DNA of 64,000 nucleotides from an uncultured Anaerobiospirillum sp. (GCA_944389615.1 CALXNA010000008.1:16194-80193), one strand, 5' to 3'. Counted from the first letter of the stretch, positions 35,160-43,866 are shown. A program made the numbers and translations. Notes: a model not told the origin generated them from the sequence alone.

Positions 35160-35540
35160 CGCGTTTATGGGGCCGAAGTGGGACGATAGCGTTTGCGCTC
35201 AGAAAAGCGATAAACATCGCATTGGTTGCGCCGGTATAGATAGCATTGGAGTATCTAGTTTTGACTATGTTTGAGACTTGGTGTGGGGCTTATTACTTGT
35301 GGGAAAATTTCAAGGAACTACCGCCTGCTAGTTGCTATCAAGCTGATATAATAGCGTCTTTTATGTGTAGATAGCTTGTGGGATTCTTTGGAGAATATCA
35401 CGCGCAGTTTGTGATTTTCCCACAAGCAGACTCAACTGAAGATGTGCGTTAGAACCTTCGTGAACAAAACTATACTGTATTAGCTTTTTAGCTTATAGTT
35501 TGGTGTGTTATCTATTATTATGTTTTGACACGAAAAATCT
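35160..35540. other. AT-rich non-coding patch carrying three CTTGTGGGAWW / WWTCCCACAAG boxes
   Basis: The AT content is conspicuously higher than in the surrounding DNA. Boxes lie at ~35296-35307 (cttgtgggaaaa), ~35375-35385 (cttgtgggatt) and ~35415-35426 (ttttcccacaag, inverted). Confidence 0.5.
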
Positions 35541-35750
35541 ATAAAGTGTGGCACATAGTACGGCGAAGAGTAGGAGCGCTTCCAGTATTTTTCGCTAGGG
35601 CTGCATCGATCGGTGTGATCTCGCGCTTGATATGCTTAATGTCAACATATTGCGGGCCGGGAGCTGCGCGTGCGTTTTTGGGGCTGATTTGCGCATTCCG
35701 GTTGCGCCACCTGCGGCCTGTAAGCGCGAAGACGCTGCAGCGTGTGAGCC

Positions 35751-35990
35751 GCACGGAGAGCGCCCAGAGCGTATGTTTGAGCAGTGCACCAAGGGAAAAT
35801 AGGGCGCAAAGCCTGCGTGCTCTCCTGCACGCTGTACGCAGCGTCTGTGGCGGTTGAGGCTGAGAGGGCAAAAGACGCACGGAGAGCGCCCAGAGCGCGC
35901 GTTTGAGTGGTATGTTGCGGGGGAGTAGGGCGTGATGTCTGCGTGCGCTCCTGCGCGCTGTACGCTGGGGCTACGGTGGTCGGTGCGGAT
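35751..35990. repeat. Two tandem imperfect direct repeats of ~125 bp
   Basis: Both units start gcacggagagcgcccagagcg and share ...gtttgag...tagggcg...ctgcgtgc.ctcctgc.cgctgtacgc (roughly three-quarters identical by eye). Confidence 0.6.
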
Positions 35991-36111
35991 AGTGGCGCGT
36001 TGCGCGGATGGGAGGGAGCCTACGCGCTGGAGATAGGGTTACGCCCGGCCCTTGGGTGTTGGGTCGGGCGGTTGTAGGCCTATATGGGACACGTCTTGTA
36101 CTGATGCGCTC

Positions 36112-38622
36112 TTAGGCGGAGGCGCTGGCGGCTACCGCAGGCAGAGCGTCGGGCTCTACGTTGTGCGGAGCGCTGGGAATTGCGCCCTGCTGCAGGTACG
36201 GCAAGGTGCGCGTGATCTTATCCCAGAGGAACTTGGTGGCTTCTTGCGTCTGAGCACTGAGCTCGAGCACGCCAATTGTGGTGGCAGGGCGTAACAGCCG
36301 CGCAAGCGGCGAGTCATGGTAATCATACGCCCTATAGCGCGGCGTAGGGCTGGCGCCGCTGGCGCCTGAGCTGTGCTGCGCGCGCGTAACACGGCCATTG
36401 AGCGCCATGATCATGCACGGTGACTTGGTGCCCACCAGCTGATATCCGGGGAATACTTCCTCGGCATTGGTCTGAGGGGCGAGCTCGTCGTCTGCGGCAT
36501 GCCCGTCCTTGACCACTTGGGTGCGGCGCAGCACCGCAATGGTCATATTGGTGCTGTATTTTTTGATCAAGTCCTCAAGGTAGAGATCGATGACGTTGTC
36601 GCTGCGCGAGAACTTAGCGTCGAGCACGATGTAGTCGTCGTCACCGGGGATGCTGTCACCACTTGAAAACTTCAAGATGAAGTCCGGGCAGTAGAAGTTG
36701 TCGGGGTTGTTGCGCCCGCGCTCCGTCTTGCAGTTGGTGCGGAAGGCGAAGATCTTGTTGTAAAAGGATGTGGTCGAAATCACTGGCTGGTAGTAGACCG
36801 TTACCTTTTGCTTGCCGCGGGTTAAGACATAGGTGTTGGCGATCGGATCTTCGTAGCTGTAGTTGTTGCGCACGCAAATACTGCCCATACTGCCGGTCGG
36901 GCGCATAGGGCTGAGGCTTTGGCCTTGGTGGTAGCCGCACCCATAGGCTGCTGCTGGGCGACGGTCGGCGCGCAGGCCGACTGGGTCAGCGTAGCGAGCG
37001 GGCTCAGTGTAGCGGCTTTGATCGGCGTAGCGGCCCGATACGGCATAGCTTGAGCGCTGCGCGCCCCATGGCGCCTGCAAGAACGGCTCGTTGCGCGCGT
37101 AGTCAAAGGTAAACGAGGCTTCGCCGTGAATCGGGGTAAAGCCTGCGGTCAGGAGCATGTCCAAGAGGCGGTAGAGGCAGTAGTACTCAAAGAGCTTGTC
37201 CAAGGTCTTGCTCTGCAAGAAGAGCTTGTCCTTTTGCAGCGAGAACTCGCCATAGCGGAACCAGCGATGGATGGTATGGAATATCTGAGCGTACGGCTTG
37301 AGCTCTTGGAAGGCCTTGGCTTGGCGCGGCAGCTGATGGAGCAGCACGTGCTTGAACTTGAAGAGCTGGGCGTAGTGGCGATAGAGCTCGCTTAACTCCG
37401 TCAGATGCTGCTTTAACTGCTCGAGCTCCTGCTGGCACTTTTGGTACTGCAAGGACTTCACCGTGATGATCGGTGCCTCGTAGTTGGTGCCTTGCTCCTT
37501 AAGCTTGGCGCGCAGCGCCTGCAGCGAGTGCTCGTTATCATCGAGGAAGTTCTTGTATTCTTGAGCCGTCTTGCTGACGTTGTGCACCACCATCTGCAAA
37601 AAGCCCACAACGACGCGATTTTCGTAGGTGTCAAAGCTCTTGACGTTGGTCGTGCTCTGCAGCTGCATCGGCAGATAGCTCTGCCCTAAGTAGGTGAGCG
37701 CAGCTTGCTCGGGCACTACTTGCGCGAGGACATGCAGGTTCTGCGTCAGCCACATTTGGCTCTTGTGGGTGAGCATACGCACCTTATCAAAGGAGGTGAC
37801 GATGTCCGCCTTGACCAACATGTGCTTGGCCATGGTACGAAAGTAGTGGTAGTGGCTCTGATAGCAGGATAAGACCTGCGCTACCAGCTCGACGTAGGAA
37901 CTGAGCGACTTGTAGGAACGATGGGCACCAAAGAAGTTGCTCTGCAGATTCTCCTTGTCAGCGGCATGCGCAAACATCAGATCCAAGATGGTGTCATCTT
38001 CGATCGACGTTAGCTCCATGAGGATCTGGCTGATGTTGCGATTGTCGGATTGATTGCGGCTGGCGCATAACAAAAAGCTCTCGCCGTAGAGTGTAAACTC
38101 GGTGCCGTCGCTCAGCTCGACCGTGATGCCCAAGGTCACCGTATCGTACTGGGTTAAAAAGATCTGAGGATGATTGCGCCGGGCATCGGGAACGAACTTG
38201 GCCTGAACTAAGTTGCGCCGAGATGGCGGGAGCAAGCTGAGCTCGCCCTTGTCTTGGTCGTTGATCTTCAGCGTCAGTCGCTTGATGCTTTTGGGCTGGT
38301 CTGCGGGCGTGAACAAGGTACGCGCGTAGTTGCGCGTCAGCTCGTCCTCGTCCGGCCCGATCAGCCCTAGGTCATACTGGGCAAGGCGCGCCCCTTGGCT
38401 CAGCGGCTCAGCGTCGGTCAGCTCTGTCTCTTCGGCATTGCTTGCGGCTAAGAGCGGCTCGAGCTCATTGAAATCGATGGTGAGATCTAAGTCGTAGCGC
38501 GCATCCTCAATGACATTGGGGCAGGTGGCGATGTCAATGGCACGGAGCTTGGGCTCTTGCAGCGTCAAGGGCAAGTGGATGTGGCCTTGCGAACTGATTA
38601 AAGTGGCAAAAATGGCAGCCAT
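36112..38622 (-). CDS. McrC/DUF524-like PD-(D/E)xK nuclease subunit (836 aa), partner of the upstream AAA+ protein
   Basis: Candidate catalytic triad E479 (KLFEYYCLY), P646-D647 (FYCPDFIL) and D668-A-K670 (YIVLDAKFS). It starts 66 nt downstream of the McrB-like gene on the same strand. The large N-terminal region is unrecognised. Confidence 0.7.
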   Translation of the reverse strand: MAAIFATLISSQGHIHLPLTLQEPKLRAIDIATCPNVIEDARYDLDLTIDFNELEPLLAASNAEETELTDAEPLSQGARLAQYDLGLIGPDEDELTRNYARTLFTPADQPKSIKRLTLKINDQDKGELSLLPPSRRNLVQAKFVPDARRNHPQIFLTQYDTVTLGITVELSDGTEFTLYGESFLLCASRNQSDNRNISQILMELTSIEDDTILDLMFAHAADKENLQSNFFGAHRSYKSLSSYVELVAQVLSCYQSHYHYFRTMAKHMLVKADIVTSFDKVRMLTHKSQMWLTQNLHVLAQVVPEQAALTYLGQSYLPMQLQSTTNVKSFDTYENRVVVGFLQMVVHNVSKTAQEYKNFLDDNEHSLQALRAKLKEQGTNYEAPIITVKSLQYQKCQQELEQLKQHLTELSELYRHYAQLFKFKHVLLHQLPRQAKAFQELKPYAQIFHTIHRWFRYGEFSLQKDKLFLQSKTLDKLFEYYCLYRLLDMLLTAGFTPIHGEASFTFDYARNEPFLQAPWGAQRSSYAVSGRYADQSRYTEPARYADPVGLRADRRPAAAYGCGYHQGQSLSPMRPTGSMGSICVRNNYSYEDPIANTYVLTRGKQKVTVYYQPVISTTSFYNKIFAFRTNCKTERGRNNPDNFYCPDFILKFSSGDSIPGDDDYIVLDAKFSRSDNVIDLYLEDLIKKYSTNMTIAVLRRTQVVKDGHAADDELAPQTNAEEVFPGYQLVGTKSPCMIMALNGRVTRAQHSSGASGASPTPRYRAYDYHDSPLARLLRPATTIGVLELSAQTQEATKFLWDKITRTLPYLQQGAIPSAPHNVEPDALPAVAASASA

Positions 38623-38688
38623 AAACTATCCTTGCTAAGGCCCAACGGCCGCTGACCCGAGCTTGGGGGTGGGCCGTGGGGCAGAACG

Positions 38689-41600
38689 CTAGCGCGCAAA
38701 GAACTGATAGAAGCCTAACTCGGCGCCACCGGTGCGCTGGATGCGCTTTAAGTGGCGGGCGCACAGCGGCATGTTTTGTTCGCCGCACTCTGCGATCAGC
38801 TTTTCGATGAGGATGCGATAGCGTTCGCCGCTGCCATTGATGGTCGGCAGGATCTTCTGGGCGACGGCATAGTCCAGCGGTGCAAACCTAGTGGTTGGGC
38901 TGTTGCGGCTCATGCAGCGCGCGGCGACCACGCAGTAGTTGTAAACCATGCGGATGTTACGGGGGCGCAGTGGCATGGCGCAGCTTTCGTCGGCGAAGAT
39001 GGCCTGAATGGCCTCCCACCTTTGCTCTAAGCTCGCGTCGAGCTTGTCGCCTTCATGGGCGCTGAAGGCCTGCATTAAGCTGGCAAAAGGCACCATGGTC
39101 TCGTCGTGATCAGGGCTGTTATCAGGCTCCAGCTCGACGACGCTCGGTTCTAAGGTGATGACCCAGCTGCGGTCTAAGAAGCGCGGCGAGAGCTCTTCGG
39201 TGGTGTGGTCAAAGTTGACCGTGGCCAAGAAGCGCAGGTGATCTGGTAAGAGCCAGTTGGCGTTGCCGCCTAAGCTGATGGTGCGCTCGCTTAGTGGGCT
39301 AAAGTCGCAGTTTCTAAAGAATGCGGCCCAGTAGTGCTCAATCGGGCTTAAGTTGGCCTCATCGAGCAGGATGAAGTATGGGGCGATCTTGGCTGGGTTG
39401 TAGGCGCTGCCATCACTGGCCCATTGGGCTTCACGGTTTAACTCCATGAAGGCATCGAAGATCTCGGCGTTGCTCTTCTCCATGCGCTTGGTCAGCGGGT
39501 TGTAGTAACCGATCATGTCCTTAAGCGACGTCCAGCCACGCTCGACCGAGACTTCGCTGAAGCGATCGGCGCCGTCCAAACGGGCAAGGCCTAAGGCTCG
39601 TGCCAGCAAGTTGCACAGGGAAGTCTTGCCAGTACCCGGCTCACCGGCAAAGGTGGTGATGAAGCCTTGGGTGATGCAGATGAGGTAGTTGGCCACATCG
39701 TTGCGTTCTAAGTTGCGGTGGCCAACCTTGTTTAAGTAGTTGGTGACGCGATCTAAGATCTTGTTGGCGTTATCAACGCTCTTGACCTCAGCTAAGAGTT
39801 TGGTATCGAAGTCAGGCGCAAGCTGGGCCATGGTCTCCTCCGAGGAGGCCTCGCTATTGCGCAGCTTGCTGTTCTTGGCGCTGGTTGGGGGGATGGTGGT
39901 GGCCACCGGAGCGCTGACCCCCATTGGGATGGCACCTAAGAGCGAACCGATGATCTTGGCGTCGATGAGCTTGACGGCAGCTGCGGCCTTGTCTTGGTAG
40001 GCACTCAGAGCCGTCTTGAGCTTGCCCTCAAGCTGCGTGGCTAATTGCTGCTGCTCCTTTTGTTGGGACTTCGCTTGCTCGATTTGCTGATTGAGCGCCT
40101 CCAAGGTCTGTTGGCGCTCGTTGATGGCGCTGTTTTGCTCAATGATCTTTAAGTTGAGCTCCTTGGCCTCTTGCTGCTTGGATTCGATTGCGGCGCTCAA
40201 CGTATCCAAGGCCTTGGTGGTTTGCTCGAAGGCGGGGTTAGCCGGAGCATTCTTGCTGGCTTTAGTATTCTTCTTGCCTGAGATGAGCTGGCTGACGCGC
40301 CCTTCATCGTAGAGCGAGAGCTCCTCGCTCAGCTGCTTGTTTTGGCTCTGCAAGATGCGGTTTTGGTCTTGCTGCGCCACTAAGGCCTTGCGCAGCTGCG
40401 TGAGCTCTTGCTGCAGTTCCTCAGGTGCGGCAGCTGGAGCGTCAGTAGCAGCCGGAGTGGCGGCCTTACTGCGGGATTGGGCCAGCTTTTGCGCGGCTTG
40501 CTGGGCGACCTTGTTGGCGGCCTCGTTCTTAACGTCCGTCCACGCCTCTTGGGTGGCGGCAGCGCCGGTACCGGCGAGGGTCGAAATCTCTTCGAGCTTG
40601 ACGCTCAGATCGGTGACGCCATGATAGTTCTTGGTGTACTCCGCCAAGATCTTGCTGCCTTGCAAGTCCGAGAGGCGTTGGTTGAGGTTGAGGTATAAGG
40701 CGTCTAACTCGCTGCTTAAGGCTTGCAGGTCGGCGTTCTTGGCCAAGTTCTTATCGTGGCCTAAGGCCGCGTGCATCATGGTGCGGACATTGGCGCAGAG
40801 CTTGACGATGAGGCCACCGACGTCCATGAAGTGGGCGATCAAGGTTGGGTTTAAGGCCGTGGTGCTGACTGCCATATCCATATCGATGTCAGGATCGGCC
40901 GCCAGAGCTAAGCTCGAGTAGATCGCGTTGAGCTTATCTAAGATATTGTTGCCTTCGCCAATCAGATTCTTGATGTTGGTGAGGGTAGCTCCATCTTGGA
41001 GTAGGTCGAAGCTGACCGGGGCGGCGGCACTGGCCTTGGCCTTGGTGACGGCGCGCGCTAGCTGCTGGTCTTCAAGCAGCGTATCTTGGGTCTTGTTTAA
41101 GAGCGCCGACTTGACGTCATCGACGTACGAGCTTGGCAGCTGGCGTAAGAGCTCATCGCCATCTTCCGATAAGATCGTGGAGATGAAGTGCTCGCGGAAC
41201 TCATCGTTGTCGAGCGTCAGCTCGATGATGTTCTGATAGAGGTTCCGGTCAAGGTAGATCAAAGGTAAGAGCTGCTTGACGGTTTGCAGGCGCTGCTCGC
41301 TTAAGTTGATCGACTGATTGCCCTTGAAGAGCTCTTGGCAGAAGGTAGTGATCGGACGGATGTCCTGACGGCTTAAGTTGAGCTGGGCGCGGACGCGATC
41401 TAAGAACATTTCGACCAAGCGCGGTTGGTCGATCATGTCGTAGCTACGGTTGCTCTCCTGCGGATTAGGCAAGAGGTTGGTCGGCAGGGCATAGAGCATA
41501 TCGCGATCGCGTTGGTCGCGAATGGTCAGGATGTCTTGGTCAAACTTGGCGATAGGATAGCCGCCGATCATGAAGTCGTAGCGCTCAAGGCCGTTTAACT

Positions 41601-42129
41601 TCATCACACCGGCGCGCATCTCCGGCTCAAACGGGCCGTAGAGCATGTTGCCGATGCGCAGGATGATGTAGTTGCTAAAGCAATCACTTTCGTTGAAGCT
41701 ATCGCACTCGTGATAGCGCAAGATGCTGTTGAGATCTTGGTTGCTTTCCTTGATTTCGTAGAAGGTCGAGCTATCGAAAGTTTCCAGCCAGATTTCCGAG
41801 CGATCTCGGCCATAGGCCGGGTTATAGCGCAGCTGATAGTAGTTGTTAGTGTTGTAGTTGGCCTGCGGGTCGGTGTTGATGCGCGCGGAGACCACTGGGC
41901 CTAAGCGTTGGTAGAGCTGCTCGGCCGTCTCTTGGCCATTGAGGCGCACGGCGATACGGCCGTAGGTCGGGAAGTTGAGTTGGCTGTCGATCCACTCAAA
42001 CTTGCCATGGTTGACGATGTAGCGTGGATAGAGATAGCACACGCGGTTACCGGTGCCGATGCTGTCTTTAAAGTACGGATCGTAGGAGAGCCAGCAGAGA
42101 AGCTGGCGATTTAAGAATTTACTATCCAT
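38689..42129 (-). CDS. McrB-like AAA+ NTPase (1146 aa) with an unrecognised N-terminal domain and a long coiled-coil/low-complexity stalk
   Basis: Walker A FAGEPGTGKTS (aa 827-837; nt ~39622-39645). Walker B plus McrB-type signature YFILLDEANLSPIEHYWAAFF (aa 918-938). ATVNFDHTTEELSPRFLDRSWVITL follows (aa 969-993). Residues ~330-800 are heptad-like and Q/A/E/K/L-rich. Confidence 0.8.
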   Translation of the reverse strand: MDSKFLNRQLLCWLSYDPYFKDSIGTGNRVCYLYPRYIVNHGKFEWIDSQLNFPTYGRIAVRLNGQETAEQLYQRLGPVVSARINTDPQANYNTNNYYQLRYNPAYGRDRSEIWLETFDSSTFYEIKESNQDLNSILRYHECDSFNESDCFSNYIILRIGNMLYGPFEPEMRAGVMKLNGLERYDFMIGGYPIAKFDQDILTIRDQRDRDMLYALPTNLLPNPQESNRSYDMIDQPRLVEMFLDRVRAQLNLSRQDIRPITTFCQELFKGNQSINLSEQRLQTVKQLLPLIYLDRNLYQNIIELTLDNDEFREHFISTILSEDGDELLRQLPSSYVDDVKSALLNKTQDTLLEDQQLARAVTKAKASAAAPVSFDLLQDGATLTNIKNLIGEGNNILDKLNAIYSSLALAADPDIDMDMAVSTTALNPTLIAHFMDVGGLIVKLCANVRTMMHAALGHDKNLAKNADLQALSSELDALYLNLNQRLSDLQGSKILAEYTKNYHGVTDLSVKLEEISTLAGTGAAATQEAWTDVKNEAANKVAQQAAQKLAQSRSKAATPAATDAPAAAPEELQQELTQLRKALVAQQDQNRILQSQNKQLSEELSLYDEGRVSQLISGKKNTKASKNAPANPAFEQTTKALDTLSAAIESKQQEAKELNLKIIEQNSAINERQQTLEALNQQIEQAKSQQKEQQQLATQLEGKLKTALSAYQDKAAAAVKLIDAKIIGSLLGAIPMGVSAPVATTIPPTSAKNSKLRNSEASSEETMAQLAPDFDTKLLAEVKSVDNANKILDRVTNYLNKVGHRNLERNDVANYLICITQGFITTFAGEPGTGKTSLCNLLARALGLARLDGADRFSEVSVERGWTSLKDMIGYYNPLTKRMEKSNAEIFDAFMELNREAQWASDGSAYNPAKIAPYFILLDEANLSPIEHYWAAFFRNCDFSPLSERTISLGGNANWLLPDHLRFLATVNFDHTTEELSPRFLDRSWVITLEPSVVELEPDNSPDHDETMVPFASLMQAFSAHEGDKLDASLEQRWEAIQAIFADESCAMPLRPRNIRMVYNYCVVAARCMSRNSPTTRFAPLDYAVAQKILPTINGSGERYRILIEKLIAECGEQNMPLCARHLKRIQRTGGAELGFYQFFAR

Positions 42130-42199
42130 GTGAGTTCAACCTGTGCAACTTAAGAGGAAGTGCAGCTGTGCCTCGCACCACGGTGCCTGTGTGGTGCGG

Positions 42200-42356
42200 G
42201 GCGGCGCAGCGGCGCAGCGGCGCAGCCTGCCGCTGCGGGGCGCTCGGCGCTTTGCCGCTTGGCGCTACAGCGTTTGGCGCCACAGCGCCGTGAGCGCTAC
42301 GACGTAGCTTGCTACTGCGCTGGGCGCTACGACGCTGGGCGCTACGACACTGGGCA
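42200..42356. repeat. Short GC-rich tandem repeats between the mnmE stop and the McrB-like gene start
   Basis: ggcgcagc x3, ttggcgc(t/c)acagcg x2 and ctgggcgctacgac x3. The last copy abuts the mnmE stop codon. Confidence 0.55.
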
Positions 42357-43796
42357 CTACTTACCGATACAGAACGTAGAGAAGATGATACCTAAGATAT
42401 CATCGGAGGTGACCTTGCCCGTGATCGTGCCCAAGTGCTCTTGGGCGATGCTGAGCTCGCGGGCGGTGAGTACGAGGTCACCGAGCTCTAGCATTTCTTG
42501 GGCGCGCTTAAGGGCCTCAGCGCTCTCGTTTAAGGCCGTCAGGTGCCGACGGCGCGCCGAGAAGACGCCTTCGCTGGGGATAATGCCTAAGACTTCGTGG
42601 AGCTTACGGCGTAACTGCTCTAAGCCGTGCTCGGTCTTCGTGGAAGTGGCAATTTGCTCCATCTGAGCCCAAGGCTCTTGGGTGAGCAAGGCGGCCGTCT
42701 CCGCGTTAGGCGGCAGGTCGCTCTTGGACTTGAGCACCATAAGATGCTTCGGGTGATCAAAGAGCTTTTGCATGTGGTTTAACGCTTCCAAGGCCTCAGC
42801 GGCGGGCTTGGAGGTGTCGATCATGAGCAAGATCAAATCGGCTTGCTTGAGCTCATCTAAGGCGCGGGCGATGCCAATCGCTTCGATCTCATCGCTCGGG
42901 CGATCGCGGATGCCGGCCGTATCGGTGATGGTGACCGGAATGCCGCCGATTTCGATGTTGATGGTCAGGACATCACGGGTGGTGCCCGGGATGTTGGTGA
43001 CAATGGCGCGTTCACTACCGGCGAGCGCATTGAGCAGGGAGCTCTTACCGGCGTTAGGTTGGCCTGCGAGCACGATGCGCGCGCCCTCATTTAAGCGCAC
43101 GCCTTGACCGGCGATGGTCACCGCCTCTTGGGTGAGGGCGCAGAGGTGCGCTAACTCGCTTTGGGCGCGGCCTGAGTCAAAGAAGTCTTCATGCTCCTCA
43201 GGGAAGTCGAGGCAGGCCTCTAAGCGCACGCGCAATTGCGTCAGCTGCTCACTTAACTGTTGCAGGCGCACGGCAAAGGCGCCATTTAACGACGCTAAAG
43301 CGGCCTTGGCGGCGCTCTCGGAGCCGGCTGAGATCAAATCCTCGACTGCTTCGGCCGCGGTCAGATCCATCTTGCCGTTTAAGAAGGCGCGCCGGGTAAA
43401 CTCGCCGGGTTCCGCTTGGCGCACGCCTGCGATCTTGAGCACGGCTGAGAGCACGCGCTGTGGTACCACGTTGCCGCCGTGGCCTTGCAGCTCAACCACG
43501 TCTTCGCCTGTGTAGGAGTGCGGGGCGGCGTAGTACACGATGACGCCTTCATCGACCTCATCTAAGCCATCGTAGAACTTGCGCAGGTAGACATAGCGCG
43601 GCTTCAGCGGCGCGGCGCTGAGCTCAGGCGGCAACTCCGCCGGAAGCTCTTTTAAGGCATTGAGCTTAGGGTCATGGGCCTTTGTTATGAGGGTGGCGAC
43701 TTTGCGGGCATCTGGGCCTGAGATGCGCACAATGGCAATACCGCCGCGTCCGGGCGGGGTGGCAATGGCCGCAATCGAGTCGTTAAAGTCGAGCAT
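42357..43796 (-). CDS. mnmE: tRNA modification GTPase MnmE (TrmE/ThdF)
   Basis: G domain GQPNAGKSSLLNAL, DTAGIR, and the C-terminal FCIGK signature. Confidence 0.95.
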   Translation of the reverse strand: MLDFNDSIAAIATPPGRGGIAIVRISGPDARKVATLITKAHDPKLNALKELPAELPPELSAAPLKPRYVYLRKFYDGLDEVDEGVIVYYAAPHSYTGEDVVELQGHGGNVVPQRVLSAVLKIAGVRQAEPGEFTRRAFLNGKMDLTAAEAVEDLISAGSESAAKAALASLNGAFAVRLQQLSEQLTQLRVRLEACLDFPEEHEDFFDSGRAQSELAHLCALTQEAVTIAGQGVRLNEGARIVLAGQPNAGKSSLLNALAGSERAIVTNIPGTTRDVLTINIEIGGIPVTITDTAGIRDRPSDEIEAIGIARALDELKQADLILLMIDTSKPAAEALEALNHMQKLFDHPKHLMVLKSKSDLPPNAETAALLTQEPWAQMEQIATSTKTEHGLEQLRRKLHEVLGIIPSEGVFSARRRHLTALNESAEALKRAQEMLELGDLVLTARELSIAQEHLGTITGKVTSDDILGIIFSTFCIGK

Positions 43797-43866
43797 GAAC
43801 CCTCCTCACTAAAACATTTGGGATTAGGCTTAGCTTAAAACAAATTTGGCGCTCTTGAGTAAAAAA

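Noticed and set aside
34559-35880. ORFs 34559..35017(-), 34593..35039(+), 35525..35857(+) and 35539..35880(-) as possible regulators or accessory genes of the McrBC-like module.
   Set aside because: They are mutually overlapping antisense pairs with Arg/Ala/Cys/Pro-rich compositions, no RBS and no recognisable motif. They span the AT-rich patch and the 125-bp repeats.
42160-42666. ORF 42160..42666(+) (168 aa) between the module and mnmE.
   Set aside because: Its first half translates GC-rich tandem repeats (AAGRSALCRLALQRLAPQR...) and its second half is antisense to the well-supported mnmE 3' end.
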